Shown piece by piece: positions 28,056 to 40,720 of a DNA stretch of 64,000 bases. The notes beneath the pieces were generated by a model. The model saw only the letters and a program-made list of their open reading frames with translations. It did not search any database and was not told the origin of the DNA. The position numbers and the translations under genes are program-made. This DNA comes from Acanthaster planci. Taxonomy: Eukaryota. How positions within the stretch are numbered: the first letter of the stretch is position 1; the number at the start of each line of letters is the position of its first letter. The stretch covers positions 2,518,861 through 2,582,860 of the forward strand of contig NW_019091359.1 of assembly GCF_001949145.1 (NCBI RefSeq), in the 5' to 3' direction.

Positions 28056-29635
28056 AAGTTAAAGTTGCCATTTTACACGAAAGAAACAATTTTCCACTTT
28101 CTTTTAGTTCTCGTTTTAATTTATTAAGTTTCTTGCCATCAGACTCTTTTATATAGCTCAAATTTAGTGAACTGTGTACGGTTTATGTTAAGAATTATTG
28201 ATGCACTAATGTGAGTGTTAATTGAAGAATTCGACAGGTGCACATATGCAGCCAGGCAATGACCTTTCTGCTACCTCGAGGCATCCATGGCACCCAAACA
28301 ATGCTTGATGAAAAGATCAGACCGCATCCCAGCGGGCCGGGGTACAGGTGTTGATGATCGACAATTTTCGCTATTAACAGACAGTGCCACCGTCTGGCAC
28401 CCAAGGGTATTTGCGTTGCGTTTTGCCGATAATTAGCAGCATAATGTAGGAGCCTATTGTGTCTTTCTACAAATAAGCTCTTTGCAGGACCACCTGTAGG
28501 CTGTACTAAGAACGAAACAGCAAAAAGTGAGCACAGTTCAACATTTTTGTCATTGGTCGTCAGTGAGTGACTCTTTCGACAATGGAGGAAGGAAAAGATT
28601 CGCAATTTTTAGTCCTAATTAAAAGTTTCACAAGCTATAATGACGGGACTCGGCGGCGCATGGTCTTCTGCAAACTGTCGATGCTTTCACTTTTTTTCTT
28701 CTTTTACCACTTAATGCCTCAGCGAAATCTTTGGTTTTACTGTTTACAAAGTGTAGAGAGACGAAAAGGAAATGCCCACCTAAACAAACAAATAAACAAA
28801 AGGACCAACAAACGACTGCTCATGCAGAAGGGTCTGCATATCATATGCGGCAAGGTATGAGACGGAGAGAAACCCCCCCCCCCCTGCTTTGTGTTGGTCA
28901 TTNNNNNNNNNNNNNNNNNNNNNNNNNNNNNNNNNNNCATTTCTTGCTGGGTATACTGCATATCTACGACGGAGTGATTCCTGAGAGTTCGAGTGATCTC
29001 TGAACGGCCTTGCGCGCCCTACCATATACCTTAGAGAAAGGACATAGATTTTCTCTGTGGCACTACCGACTCGGCGATCCGGCCATATTTGCGCCTTCCC
29101 TCTTGACCAGTGGACTTATGTGACGATCTGAGTGAGTTGCAACTGTTTGCCTTTCTGAAATGCGAAAACCAGTGCAGAAACTTGGAAGCGCCGTCTTTAT
29201 GCAGTCTGTTAGAAGAGTCCGCTGTTGTATACAGGGCGGAACTTATCCTTCGTGGAATCTGTGTGCATTTTAATTTATTCACCCTGTTTAACAAGGATAA
29301 CAATAATTGTCCAGTTCATCGGTTCAACAAAACTGGAAAATGGTTTTCAATTGAGCTCTACAAAAACACATTAAATAGGGATATCAACATAAAATTGAAT
29401 TATGACACCGTATGAAGTTAAAATATTAATGACAAGAATTTTTAAAAAGTCAAAATATATACATGAAAATTAATATTAAATGACATTAATTTGGAGTATA
29501 TAGGGGCTAAGGATCAGGGGCGAAGTCCAATAACCAGGCAAAGACCACAAGCAACAGAGTGTACGAGAAACGAATCGATTGTGCTCACTGGAATCTATGG
29601 CCTGCAGCCCGAATGGGACTGGAGGTCCTTGTTCG

Positions 29636-29797
29636 CAGTGGCGTTTCAAATGGGGGGTGGGTGTACGTGCCCCCCCCATTTGAAATTTTGAAATGGACCA
29701 CAAAATATCTATACCTAGTTCAATTATTTTCAGTGCCCCCTGAAAAAAAATGTGCACCCCCAGGTGCCCCTCAGCTGTACTAGCACCCTAGCCACTG
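29636..29797. mobile_element. hAT-type MITE, 162 bp
   Basis: Termini cagtggc...gccactg, 8-bp TSD cttgttcg / cttgttgg (7/8), internal tgcccc repeats. Confidence 0.75.
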
Positions 29798-30473
29798 CTT
29801 GTTGGTCCTTTGTCAGGTCGTCTCGTGATTGTCTCAAGTTGTCTGATTAAACGAGAACACAAGTGATGAAACAAAGCCAGTCAAATGAAGTCAAAGATGA
29901 AGTCAAATCCTGCCCGTTTTTTTTTTGAAAGTGGAATATCCAGCAAAGGAAAGTTTGAAAAGAATTTAATGATACAGTTACCCAAACAAAAGTTTTCAAT
30001 GTATTGCACTTGGCCATAGCAGAAGAAATCAAAAATATAAATTACTGCCAATAAATATGCAGTGTTTTTTATAAATACTAATCGGTAACTGCCACTTTTT
30101 CCTCTCCAGCACGTCTGAAAAAAATTCTCATAAGCCTACAGTCTCTACATTTGAAATTGATGTCCTTTTCTTAAGAAAATGTAATATTTCCTTCCTTTAC
30201 ACACGATTAATTTTCATTGTGTTAAAGAAGTAATCCTGACCAGATTACATAAGGTAAGTCTTAAGGCCATTTCAAATGAATTGTTTTTGGTCAACGTTGA
30301 AAAGAACGACCCGATGAGATAATTATATTCAACGGCCCTCAACTCAGAAGTGATCCTTGCGACTGACGATGACTTGGGTCACGATTACACACGTTTCTCG
30401 TTGAGGGCGCCATCAGTGTTCGATAGGGAGGGATTGTAAACGGTGTTCTCACGGGCGCACTGTCGACGGTAGA

Positions 30474-30561
30474 CCACAAATAGGGCTGTAGTAGCTCGCT
30501 TTTACAATCTGTCAGAGAAGAGACAGATTGTAAAAGCGAGCAACTACAGCCCTATTTGTGG
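30474..30561. repeat. near-perfect inverted repeat: 40-bp stem, 8-nt loop
   Basis: ccacaaatagggctgtagtagctcgcttttacaatctgtc - agagaaga - gacagattgtaaaagcgagcaactacagccctatttgtgg, one mismatch. Confidence 0.95.
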
Positions 30562-31834
30562 GGATGTGCCGAAGGGGGAGTAAAGACTACCTAAAAAGGT
30601 CCAGTTCAGGATTAAATTTTTGGAGGGGAGTACCCTTTATTTTGACGTCTCTCGCGTGCAGAATGTCAAAGATTGATGACAGCATGAGGTTTTAATTTAA
30701 CGGCTGTGATGGTAGGTGAACAGCGTGATAAACAGCTATACGTGTGTAAAAAGGACCATGCATTAGCCAAACTGGGATTGGTTATTCAAATTTGAGAGTT
30801 CAAAGATGCATTGAATATCCTAGGACATCATGGTTACAAGAATAATGAAATAATGTAGTTTTTCACTCATAAGAATTAACCATTTTTCTAAACGCTCTGG
30901 GAAGTTGTGACTTGTAAAGAAGGGGGGAAGGGGAACTGGAGCACTCCTAAAAATTGACATCTGGTAGGAGTTAGCTGTACATCAGTAACAATGAAATGTA
31001 TTACCTATGAGTCTGCCTGTCTACAAGAATCGGACTTCAAAAATCTAATGGGCCTGATGATCCCCATTCCCTGGACTCTTGGAAAAGCTTGAAAGACAAA
31101 ACTATGGTAGCTCACTATAATTTGATGGTATGGGCACATGTATGAGGCTTGTGATTAACTTCTACGGTAGGCAAGAAAAATCCACTTTTCAATTGATAAA
31201 GTATAGTATTATTTATAATGCCTAGATGCCCCCAAGTACTTAAAGTGCCATGTGAATAAACTGTACTCTCTGACTAAACCGCAGTTACTGTACCAATTTA
31301 ATCAGAAAAAGGCTTCTAATCTTCCCATCATCATAAAATGAGGGACACTGTGCCACAAAAGAACAAGTACATGTGTATCCGGTAAACTGGAGCTGGTTTA
31401 TTTATGTTTCTAGACAGAAGCACTGCAATTTAAAAAGCCACCTGCTAGCATAAGCAGATCAAGAACCAAATTTAACTTTTTTTTGGGGGGGTGGGTGGGT
31501 GGTGATTTCTTTGTGTAATCTTTTGGCCTTTTTGAGGGGTGAGGCTTGGTCTGGGGGCTTTTTACACTTTTGGAGGGAAGAGAAGTGGAATACTCACTCC
31601 CCCAATCCATTCACCCACCCTTCCCCCACCCCCCACAAAAAACTGCCATTTATTTTAAAAAGCCCTTTTTTGAGAGCCTGGCTTCCACTTCTCCACCCCT
31701 TGATCCATCAATGCGCACCAGTTAAAATACTGTTGAAAATTGTTCCCTGTTCATTTCAGTATTTCTGTGATCTCCTTGTGGCCTTCTGTCGCATGTCCAC
31801 GGTCCTCTCCAGAGATCTTTCGCACAGTTTTCTC

Positions 31835-32077
31835 TTACCCACTGTCTAGCTTAACCTCTGACTTCAGGTCATGCTCTTTGACCTCTGAGAGTTCTTCAAT
31901 CATAGTTCTGTGTGGTTTTCTTGATCCATTCGGCAATTTGATGTTTGTTGTAGTAACCTCACTGAACAGAGACAGTTCCTCGTCTGAGTTCTCATCTGAT
32001 GAGCTATTTTGACTTTTGTCATCATCGTCGTTGTCTTCACCAGATGAATCGTCATCCTCGTGGAAAAGAGCCAAATT
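31835..32077 (-). CDS. NOPCHAP1: NOP protein chaperone 1 (C12orf45 family), exon 4 (last)
   Basis: cattcag|NLALFHEDDDSSGED...SEVTTTNIKLPNGS...IEEL...stop TAA; matches DVALFE...acidic tract...SEVTIDNIKLPN of human NOPCHAP1. Confidence 0.92.
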   Translation of the reverse strand, partial: NLALFHEDDDSSGEDNDDDDKSQNSSSDENSDEELSLFSEVTTTNIKLPNGSRKPHRTMIEELSEVKEHDLKSEVKLDSG

Positions 32078-32482
32078 CTGAATGCAGGCAGAAATTCAAA
32101 CTAGTAAAACTGCCCTTGAAAGGACACATGCAATTTTGTTTCAAATACTTTTCTAAACTTAAGTTCACAGATACATCAATCCTTTTCTTACATACCTTAC
32201 CTTCTTAAATTGGGTAAGAGACAATCCAGATGGGGGGGCAGCCCCCAGCGGTGAGACAATTAAAAAATGGATCTTTTAGGGTCAATACCGTTTCATGTAG
32301 CTCAGGCAATTGCTTTAAAAAATAAAACAATTATGCATATTGTTTGTATATTTCCACTTCCACTTTCCACTTAATTTTGCTTATTTAACAAATATTTCAA
32401 GCTTACAGCTCCCTGTGATCAGCAAAGCATGGCCCCTAAAATGTCAACACTCTAAATATCCTGCAAAGGTCTACACTCGTAC

Positions 32483-32619
32483 CATCTCAATAACTTCTTT
32501 CTCGTGGCCTGTGATGTTCTCAATGTCTAGCTCCTCCGATGGCACTGTTTTCAGTCGCTCCTCTAGTTGGCTGTTTGCCTCTTGCATCTTGGGGAGGAAG
32601 GACTTTACCTGACTCAAGA
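32483..32619 (-). CDS. NOPCHAP1: NOP protein chaperone 1, exon 3
   Basis: VLSQVKSFLPKMQEANSQLEERLKTVPSEELDIENITGHEKEVIEM matches the conserved core LLDQVQTFLPQMARAN...NIENI...VIQM. Acceptor ccccttgcag, donor ATG|gtacga, phase 1-0. Confidence 0.95.
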
Positions 32620-32987
32620 CTGCAAGGGGATGAGTAAAAAGAAGCAATCACAAAAATGTAATCCGTTACCTGAAACAAAGATGGGAGCCATTAGAATGTT
32701 GCTGCTTCTATCCGCACAGTGCTGATGCAATTACAATACAGATTTGTACACATTCTGATGAAAACTAGCTCTTTCACTCTGCACTAAACAAGTGCACATC
32801 TGTGTGCATAAAGGATGTGTCCTCCCTCACTGGAGCTCTAGGAGGTGATCAGAGAGCACTTCCCAATGTACCTGTCAACAGCTCCTGCTCAGATGTTTTG
32901 GGGTCTCAAGTAGGCTATAATAAAAAAAAATAACATGCACAATAGGTACCCACTGTTATTGCTACTTCGTTCCAAAATTCGATTTAC

Positions 32988-33041
32988 CTGATGATGCAGG
33001 CATTCTGTATGGCTTTGCCTTTCTGATCAAAAGTGGATCCA
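32988..33041 (-). CDS. NOPCHAP1: NOP protein chaperone 1, exon 2
   Basis: 54 nt, phase 1-1, VDPLLIRKAKPYRMPASS. Acceptor ttttcaaacag, donor CAG|gtaaat. Confidence 0.85.
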
Positions 33042-34070
33042 CTGTTTGAAAAGAAAAACAAAACTTGGCAAAATCATATTGATATGTGAGGATTTGGGAC
33101 TATCGGGGCTATCATGTTTTGCATTGTAGGTTTATATCATCAACGGAGATCCTGGGAGGGGGATGGGAGTTATACAGGTATCCTTCCCAATGTTTGACCG
33201 GGGTGGGGGGAGTTACTAATATATTCATCCCTTCACTTTTCAAGTCACCGACTTTATGCGCACTGGTAGCCTGCATCACTGACTCTGCACTTCCTAGTGT
33301 CACGATCTCACATGAGATGGTGGCCATGCTGAGCCTGATGGATGAATACAAAAGTCATCCCTCCCACATGTGACAAGAAATCTCTGCCGATGGTTTATAT
33401 TAATGCAAAGCACAGATATAAGATCCTACATGTAATAATGATTAGATCAGATAAATCCAGTGAAAGTTACCTCGTGTTTAGAAACATTTTTTTTTTTTTG
33501 ATGATCATCAAAATGTGTTTGTTGTTTTTGAAAACATAATGAGAACAAGGTAATTTGTGCGGGCCATTCCATTTTCCTCCCCTCCTAAAGCACGCAAAAA
33601 GCCCCAACTTTACTCTCACAAATGCCATACGGGCTAGAGATGGTACATGCAAAATCCCCAAATTAGAAAGTTTTCTTAAATTGTGGTGAAAAGTAAGTTT
33701 CCTCTAACAGCAACCCGTACTAGGTGAGAGGGTAAGCAGTGAGCATTCTGGTGAAACTTCAGCTCATAAAACCCCCAGGATGTGATGGAAAGAATTCCAG
33801 AGCACAGGCACCACAAACACTGATAGTAAACAAAAGTAACTAGGCTCACACAGTAACCTGACTAATTTTGCAGTACAAGTAGCCATCTAAAAGCAATTAA
33901 AATCCTACAAAGTACAGTGGGATGTGGGAGCACCATTTCAGGACTGTTTTGAAGGTGAAATCTGAGGATTTTGATTGGGGGAGAGAGCTTTTTTAGTGAA
34001 ATCAGTAAGTGGTACACAAGGTCTAAGGGCAGTGTATTGTTCTCAAGCTCCATTGCCGACCATTTTCAAT

Positions 34071-34715
34071 GGTTTACAGTCACTTTGCCCCATTTCCACT
34101 TCACCCCTAACCACTTCGCCCCATCCCCACTTCGCCCCATCCCCACTTTGTCCCATTTGCACTTTGCCTTCTGTGCTCGAGAGTGTTACAAGCCTCTTCA
34201 AAAAATGGTCGAAAGGGGAGTTCAACAAATGACGTTTAGCTATTATAGAAAACTCTACGGCATTAAATTAATGTCGACTGTGTTGTCCATTATGGTGTAT
34301 TAATACATATGATTGGATTAGCATCGGGATTATTTCTCATCACGTACATGTACCGTCGCCACGGCATGAATAGACTGGTTGCCACACTCCATCACGCATT
34401 TTCTTACACGGGTGTAGCATGGCGAGAACCAGCGCTTTGCTCACATGTTTTCAACACAGCGACAACGAAACAAGAAAAAAACTTTTTTTTCTTACTTGTC
34501 AATAACAGTTTTAAGGTCTCGCCGAAAAATTTGGGTTCGGCAGCATTGTTTTGGCCTCTGAAAGTTGGATCGTCCGATCGTTATTTAGTTTAGGTACTCA
34601 AACGTTGATGTTTTTACTTGTTGCCTCTAGGCCTACACATGTGTCTGTAACTGAAGAACAAAATGAATGATAATCAATGGGGCAAGGTGGGAATGGGGCG
34701 AAGTGACCGACACCC
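34071..34715. mobile_element. foldback-like non-autonomous DNA element in NOPCHAP1 intron 1
   Basis: Left arm ggtttacagtcactttgcccc followed by ~15-bp tandem units (cacttcgccccatcc); right arm is the inverse (ggggcgaagtgaccgacaccc). Flanks ttttcaat / ttttcatt form a possible 8-bp TSD. Confidence 0.7.
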
Positions 34716-34871
34716 TTTTCATTTATATCAATCATGCCAAGTCAACCAACATGATGACCAACCAGCAATAGGCAACTGTGCAGCATGGCGAGTGTGACGT
34801 GACTGTTAACTGGCATGGCAGACCGGTCAATTGGTAATATCCACAGCTTAATTTCAATGACATTAACAAAC

Positions 34872-34953
34872 CATTTGTTGTTTTTCCAACATCAAGTAGG
34901 TCTTTTGAACGAGTTTGGTCGATGCTTGAATTGAAGTCATTTCTTTCCATCAT
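34872..34953 (-). CDS. NOPCHAP1: NOP protein chaperone 1, exon 1
   Basis: MMERNDFNSSIDQTRSKDLLDVGKTTN; SKDLLDVG resembles human SKELLTAG. Donor G|gtttgt, phase 1. The four exons total 516 nt = 171 aa plus stop. Confidence 0.85.
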
Positions 34954-37900
34954 TTTTTTTGCGTTACACACACACGAACGGCAGCAGGAGTGGAAGGGAT
35001 GTCTGTAAATTTGCTGAACGTTGGTGCTGGTTCATCATGTGTTGGCATGGTACGGTACGGCGGTTGGACTATGATTCGATAGAGGGCGTTATTTTCTAAA
35101 CTTCCAACATATTCCATGCAGTTATCTTGTTAATTATTGCATGCTTTAAATGTCTCGATAACAAAGTGTAAAACGTTTCATATTTAAAAAAAATCATACT
35201 TTTGTTACATTTTCTTACCGAAAAACCGCCTTTATATCTGTGAAAGGGGCGTTTGATTTTTGGAGTTGTCCACACTTGAAACCCGTTTCCGGTAGCGGAC
35301 TTTAAACAAGTTTATTTATGTCATGTTGAAATAGGCTACGACTTTCAGTTTGTATCGACAAGTTACGTTGAACACTACATAGCCATAAGCAAAGCCATAA
35401 GCATTGACACTGCACTGGAAATGTTGTCCTTGTGGCACTGCCATGTCGAACTCGTACGGTACACGTTGACATACGGGCGTTTGATTTTGTTAAATTTCTG
35501 GGGCTTATTTCTGTGGATTTTGCTGTGAGCCTCATTGCCGACAAAAAGCAGCGATGACGAATGGTAATGTTGACAAAGGGATGTACCGACATAATTTGGT
35601 TAGGTCTTAGCAATCACGACAGTGGCGTAGCTGGGAAACATTTTGCCCGTTTCGCATTTCTGAGCGGGGGGGGGGGGCGGTGTTTGTTATTTTCGGACCC
35701 CTTTCCTACATAGAAGGAAGAATTAGATTTAAGCTTTCCAGACTCACCTAACCAGATGACATTGACATTATTTTGTGAAAGGTTGATTTTGAAGAAAGAG
35801 GGTAGGGTTTGATTTTGGAGGGAAAAAACCTACGATGTCGACACAGATTGTGTACTTCCGCATCCACCATGTTCACTGTAAATGTAAAAAATGACGATAG
35901 TCAATAATCTCAGAACCTGCTTGGTAGATTGTCTCTGATTGGTAACAGAAAAGTTTCATTAGAAAGCTGATCTCTGATTGGTTGAGATGAGCCGATTAGG
36001 AAGCAAGACTAAGAGTATTGAAAATAACAGCCAGGCCGTGTCACTAATTGGTTACTGGAAACTTTCCTTAGAAAGTGGATCTCTGATTGATTGGAAACAT
36101 GGAAAGGCAGATACGGGAGTAAGAGCATTGAAGAGAACAGCCAAAGGTGTCACAGTCTGCCATGTGCCTGTGTGTCCAGTTGAGTGTGCATTTATGCTGA
36201 CAAGATTTTTTCTCCTGATTTACTCTTCCAAATATAACCCAAAGAAGGTCATGACAATCAAGAGACATTGCCCGAGTGATACTCTCCTTCAGGGCCGACC
36301 TTTATTAGTAAAAAGTAACTAAAAACGGGGGTCCTGAAATTTATGAACATCGGGTGGCTCACTGGGTCTTAGTCAACTAATTGCCTGACATGCCTGACAG
36401 CAGTTAGAACTTGCCAGGAGAGAAATGTAACTTTGTCAGACTTGCCATGGTCCAGTGTAACATTAGTCCAAGTAACACGGACTCTACAAATCGCCTGTTT
36501 AAACACTTGGACATGGTCTGGCGATCTACTGTCACCTTCACTGGCAAAAGAAAGACAAGCTGGTCCTAAGCAGTTTTCCAGCCCATTCTTGCATGCCTAC
36601 GGCATGCACACAAAGACCATACAAATAAGACATTTCGGAATAAGCTTGTGGCACGTATTTAGCGTGCCCCATGCCAAATGTGCAAAAACTTGCACTGCGG
36701 TGAGTTCGTAACAAAGGACTGTCAGTGTCATTTAAAAACACTCCCCCTTTTGCTCCCACTTGGAGTGGATAATGAAAGATAGAACTTGGCCATAAGGAAA
36801 AATATCTTTTTAAAAAGGTTCACGTTTCAATTGGCCTCTGGGAGTCACCAAACTCACCAATATCTTCACATATTTTTTAAACTCCATCTGATTACAGCTT
36901 ACTCCTTCGATGGTTTGATCATCTTTGGACTTCTAGTCATCTGTACCTGTGCCTACATGAGACGGGTACCACGTCTCAAGCAGTGGTTCTTGTCAGAGAA
37001 GAAGGGATTTCTGGGTGTCTTCTACAAAGGTAAAAGAGTCATAAGGCAGGTCTTGCTTCACAGGAGTGCAGGTTGTTAACAACTGGCAAATTGTGACATG
37101 CTTGAAATATTGCGGTCTCAGTGCTGCACTTTTAAACACACGTACTCCAATTTCTGGCTTACACTTGGAAAAAAAAACGAACATATAACAATTTGTAACA
37201 GAGATAGTTTGGGCAGAGTTTGACTCCCTCCCACTTTTTAGCTCCTTAGGCAAGTTTCTAAACTACTGAGCTATGCAAATTGATCAGCTAAGGGGTTGGT
37301 TTGGTGATACAAAATTAATATCACTACAAAATAAACTCCTTATACCTGGCGCTGATCATGCTCAGTAGAGGGCGCACTGCACTGCACCAGTAGATTTTTG
37401 TACATTTCACAGCTGACCAAATTTAATGAGACCCTGGTTTTGTTGGTAGAAAATTTCTAAAATGTAAAATTGGCAGGAGAGGGAGGTGATTAAGTTAATC
37501 CCAAAACTCTAGACTGGAACAAATTCTGAAAATAAAACACTGACCTCATTAAAGAACACTGAATTCTTATCCAGTCNNNNNNNNNNNNNNNNNNNNNNNN
37601 NNNNNNNNNNNNNNNNNNNNNAGAATATGTTTACTGTTATTGTTTGTCCTTGAAGTGGTGCCAAGTATCCATTTCTATTGATTCCTTCAACAAGTCTTGT
37701 CATAGTCACTGGACTGCTAAATTGGTTCATCTTTGTTGGCCATGTGATGGTAGGATTCCATACTTACAGTATAAAGTGAAGTCACTTGGTTTCACTGGCT
37801 TGTTCAAATGCTTTGAGATTAATGAAAATTCCATTTCTTTACTTTCACGGATAATGACTCAGAAAAATTGGCCTACTTCAGGGAGAATGCACTAACTGTT

Positions 37901-38416
37901 CATCTTTCAGAAGGTTACACCAGTGTGTATTTGTGTTTCATTTTGAAATAATGTTTTCTTTCATTTCGTCCTTTGCAGCTTCCATCATTGGAACAAGGTT
38001 ACATCTTGCTGTAGCTGCATCCTGTGTCTTGATGGGGTTTTACGTTCTGTTCTTAAAGTGAACCTTTTTGGAAACAGTTGCAAAACAATAATGAAACACT
38101 TCTGTAAAGGGATGGACAAAGTTGCTGTACTGCGCACGTGGAGCTCAGAAAGACAGCGAAGAATCCATTCAGCTGAGGAGCTTCACTTCGATGAGATTGA
38201 TGGAAGCTGTTGGCAGGGCTTCTGTGCACCGTGCAGGCCCGGTGATGGATGATTTGAGAGCCATAGACAAAAACCGATCAGGCTTAGCATTGTGAAAGAA
38301 ATGGCCTTGTATCACACACACTGTTGGTGCAGCCTGACCTTGAAGATGAACTTGAGTCGTGGAACCCACATGCTGGTCACTCTGGAGAGGGTTCAAGGGT
38401 GCATTGATTGTAGTAC

Positions 38417-38477
38417 TTTAACCCTAACCCTCCTCAATCCTTCACCTGTTGGAGGATTGAGGAGGGTTAGGGTTAAA
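38417..38477. mobile_element. piggyBac-type palindromic micro-element with TTAA target
   Basis: ttaa|ccctaaccctcctcaatccttc-acctgtt-ggaggattgaggagggttaggg|ttaa. Absent from the paralogous position near 55065. Related decayed copies at ~45008, ~59483 and ~60015. Confidence 0.8.
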
Positions 38478-39696
38478 GAAGCCTGGTCCTTTTGAGTTGA
38501 CGTAGTGAAATGCCTGGTCCTTGGCCCCATTCAATTAATATGGCTTGCTTTAATTTTCTCATTGTAAAAAACACTCTTGTGCTCTATTGCATGGTTCAGT
38601 AGGTGTTTCCATCGGAGACGATTGGATTTAGAGATGGCTGGCTATTCCACAGCTTAAGTTTGTTGCAGTGACCTTGTATTTGGTCTTCAGTTTTCAAATT
38701 CAGACACTGGCAGATTCAAGGGATGTGGAGGCCTTTTTCAAAATATTTTCAGCTTTTTTTCTCTAAGAGTTGTTTGTCTTTTCAACCACTTACTGCCGGG
38801 GGACCCGTTTTCGAGCACATAAGCTTTATACACGAAGCCGGGCACCCCGAAACCAGGACAAAAGAGCTGGGCCTTGTAACAAAAGACCGTGCTCAGCACA
38901 AGAGACCGAGCTGCTTGGCATTACCAACATTTTTTCACTCTCAATAGTGGAGGTAATCCAGCCTTGTTTTGAAATGGTATACCACGGTTTGAGGCATTTA
39001 GAGCGAGAAGATTACCACTGGGTACAAAAGCACTCCACCACCACAGCAATGAGCCACACAGCACAGCTGCACGCTAATCTGGCCCCTATTGAAAAGAGGT
39101 CAGCAGTGCATTGTGCCGGTTTCGGGAACAAAAGATTCTTACATAACACCGCACAATCTAGGCTCTTTTTACAAGGCTGCAGGGCTGGCTAAAATACTCG
39201 GCGTCAATAGATTTTGTCTATCAGGCTAGAGTGGCCACCAGAGAGTAATATTTGTGGTTGTAAACGTCCATTAAATGAAATGATGGCTAGCAGCACCAGC
39301 AGACGAAACATCGCTACCAGCAACACGACATCACGAGTCATCGATCATCTTTTTCTGTATTCGTCATCTACCACGGTGATTATGGTTTATCTCTTCTATT
39401 AAAACTACATTCTTCACCTCTCCAACTCCAGTAATGACTAATTCTAAAGCAGTGCACTTGGCACATGTGACACAGCAGTCATTGTTTTGGGAAGTGAAAT
39501 TAACAATGTTGTAACAACTACTGGTTACTTGATGGATGTAACTATTGAAAGACAAAAAAAATTGTCCTGAAAACATTTTATCTGCAATGGATAAATACCT
39601 TTTACATTTTAGCCATATCTATTGTTCAAGAACCTATAACATGAACATTCTTGAATGCTTAATAAAGTTCTGGCTCTTGGGAGGAATATACCATAA

Positions 39697-40720
39697 TGTG
39701 GCATTTTATTCCCATGAGCCAGCCTTGGTCTTGCCAGTCTTGGAGAACTATTTCCAACTTTGGGGAAAGTCACCTGACCTAAACTACATGGATCTGCCTT
39801 GGCCCTTGAGTTTGAGGAGCAATCTAAGGTCTAGGGATTTGGGGTCATTTGGGCAGAAATATACCATCAATTGGTAATTGATTCGGTGACCCAGTCGACT
39901 TACACAATAATGAGAATGTGTGGACACAAGGAATTATGGTAAGATCAACGAACTTATTTAACATACTTTTCTCTTGCTTATATAATCACTACATTTACAC
40001 AATCGAAATTTACTTATTTTACACAAGAGTTACAAAAGAAAAATATCCACAATCTGTGAAGTGCTGCCAATAATCTGCAGTCTGCAACCCGCACTCCTCA
40101 CTCGGGTGACTGCACCCAAGATAGTGATGGATTGCTGGTGCTAATGAACTAAACCAAACTAATGGCTAATCCGCAGCATCTGCCAACCCTCTACCTGTCC
40201 AGTCTTTCACAACCTTCCTAGCTGGGTGACCTTGGGATAACCCTCAACAGCTCTGCCCACAACTCAGTACCCACACAGTATTGTTCTACCTACAGTCCTT
40301 TCTAACTGATACTAAGAACAGTACACAGTAAGTCAACAACTGCGTATACATTACAGTTACTTAAAGAGCACCTCTAAGGAAAACACGTTTTCTCTGATAA
40401 CTGACTGCTTAGATTGCGGAACCAATCACTGAATTGCTCGCTGACTCGCAGCGGTAATGCAAACAAAAAGAGCGGTCACACACAGTGCTGTTCACTCACC
40501 GAACCAGGCCTGCAGACCGACTCTACTGCGTGCGGTATGTCACAATCTAAACTTGCACCAGTCTCGCACTCTCTTAAACATGTACATTTACATTGGGAAT
40601 TATGCACAGATTAATGGTCATGTCCCAGGTACCAATACAGTGGTCTCGCGCATTCTCTGTGCCTGTACAAAGATAACAATGCCAACTAAAATCTGGACGT
40701 GTAAAAGCCATTTCATCACA
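39697..40720. mobile_element. solo LTR (1024 bp), probably Ty3/Gypsy-type
   Basis: Starts TGTG, ends CACA, flanked by a 4-bp TSD ATAA (39693-39696 and 40721-40724). The paralogous copy has a single ATAA (55684-55687). Confidence 0.85.

Noticed and set aside
38058..38396. Similar short ORFs in both duplication copies (also 54715-54897)
   Set aside because: Stops and indels differ between copies and substitutions show no obvious synonymous bias; similarity reflects the DNA duplication only.
38419..38476. Interstitial telomeric repeat (TTAGGG)
   Set aside because: Fewer than two units per side, and they form the TIRs of a TTAA-flanked element.
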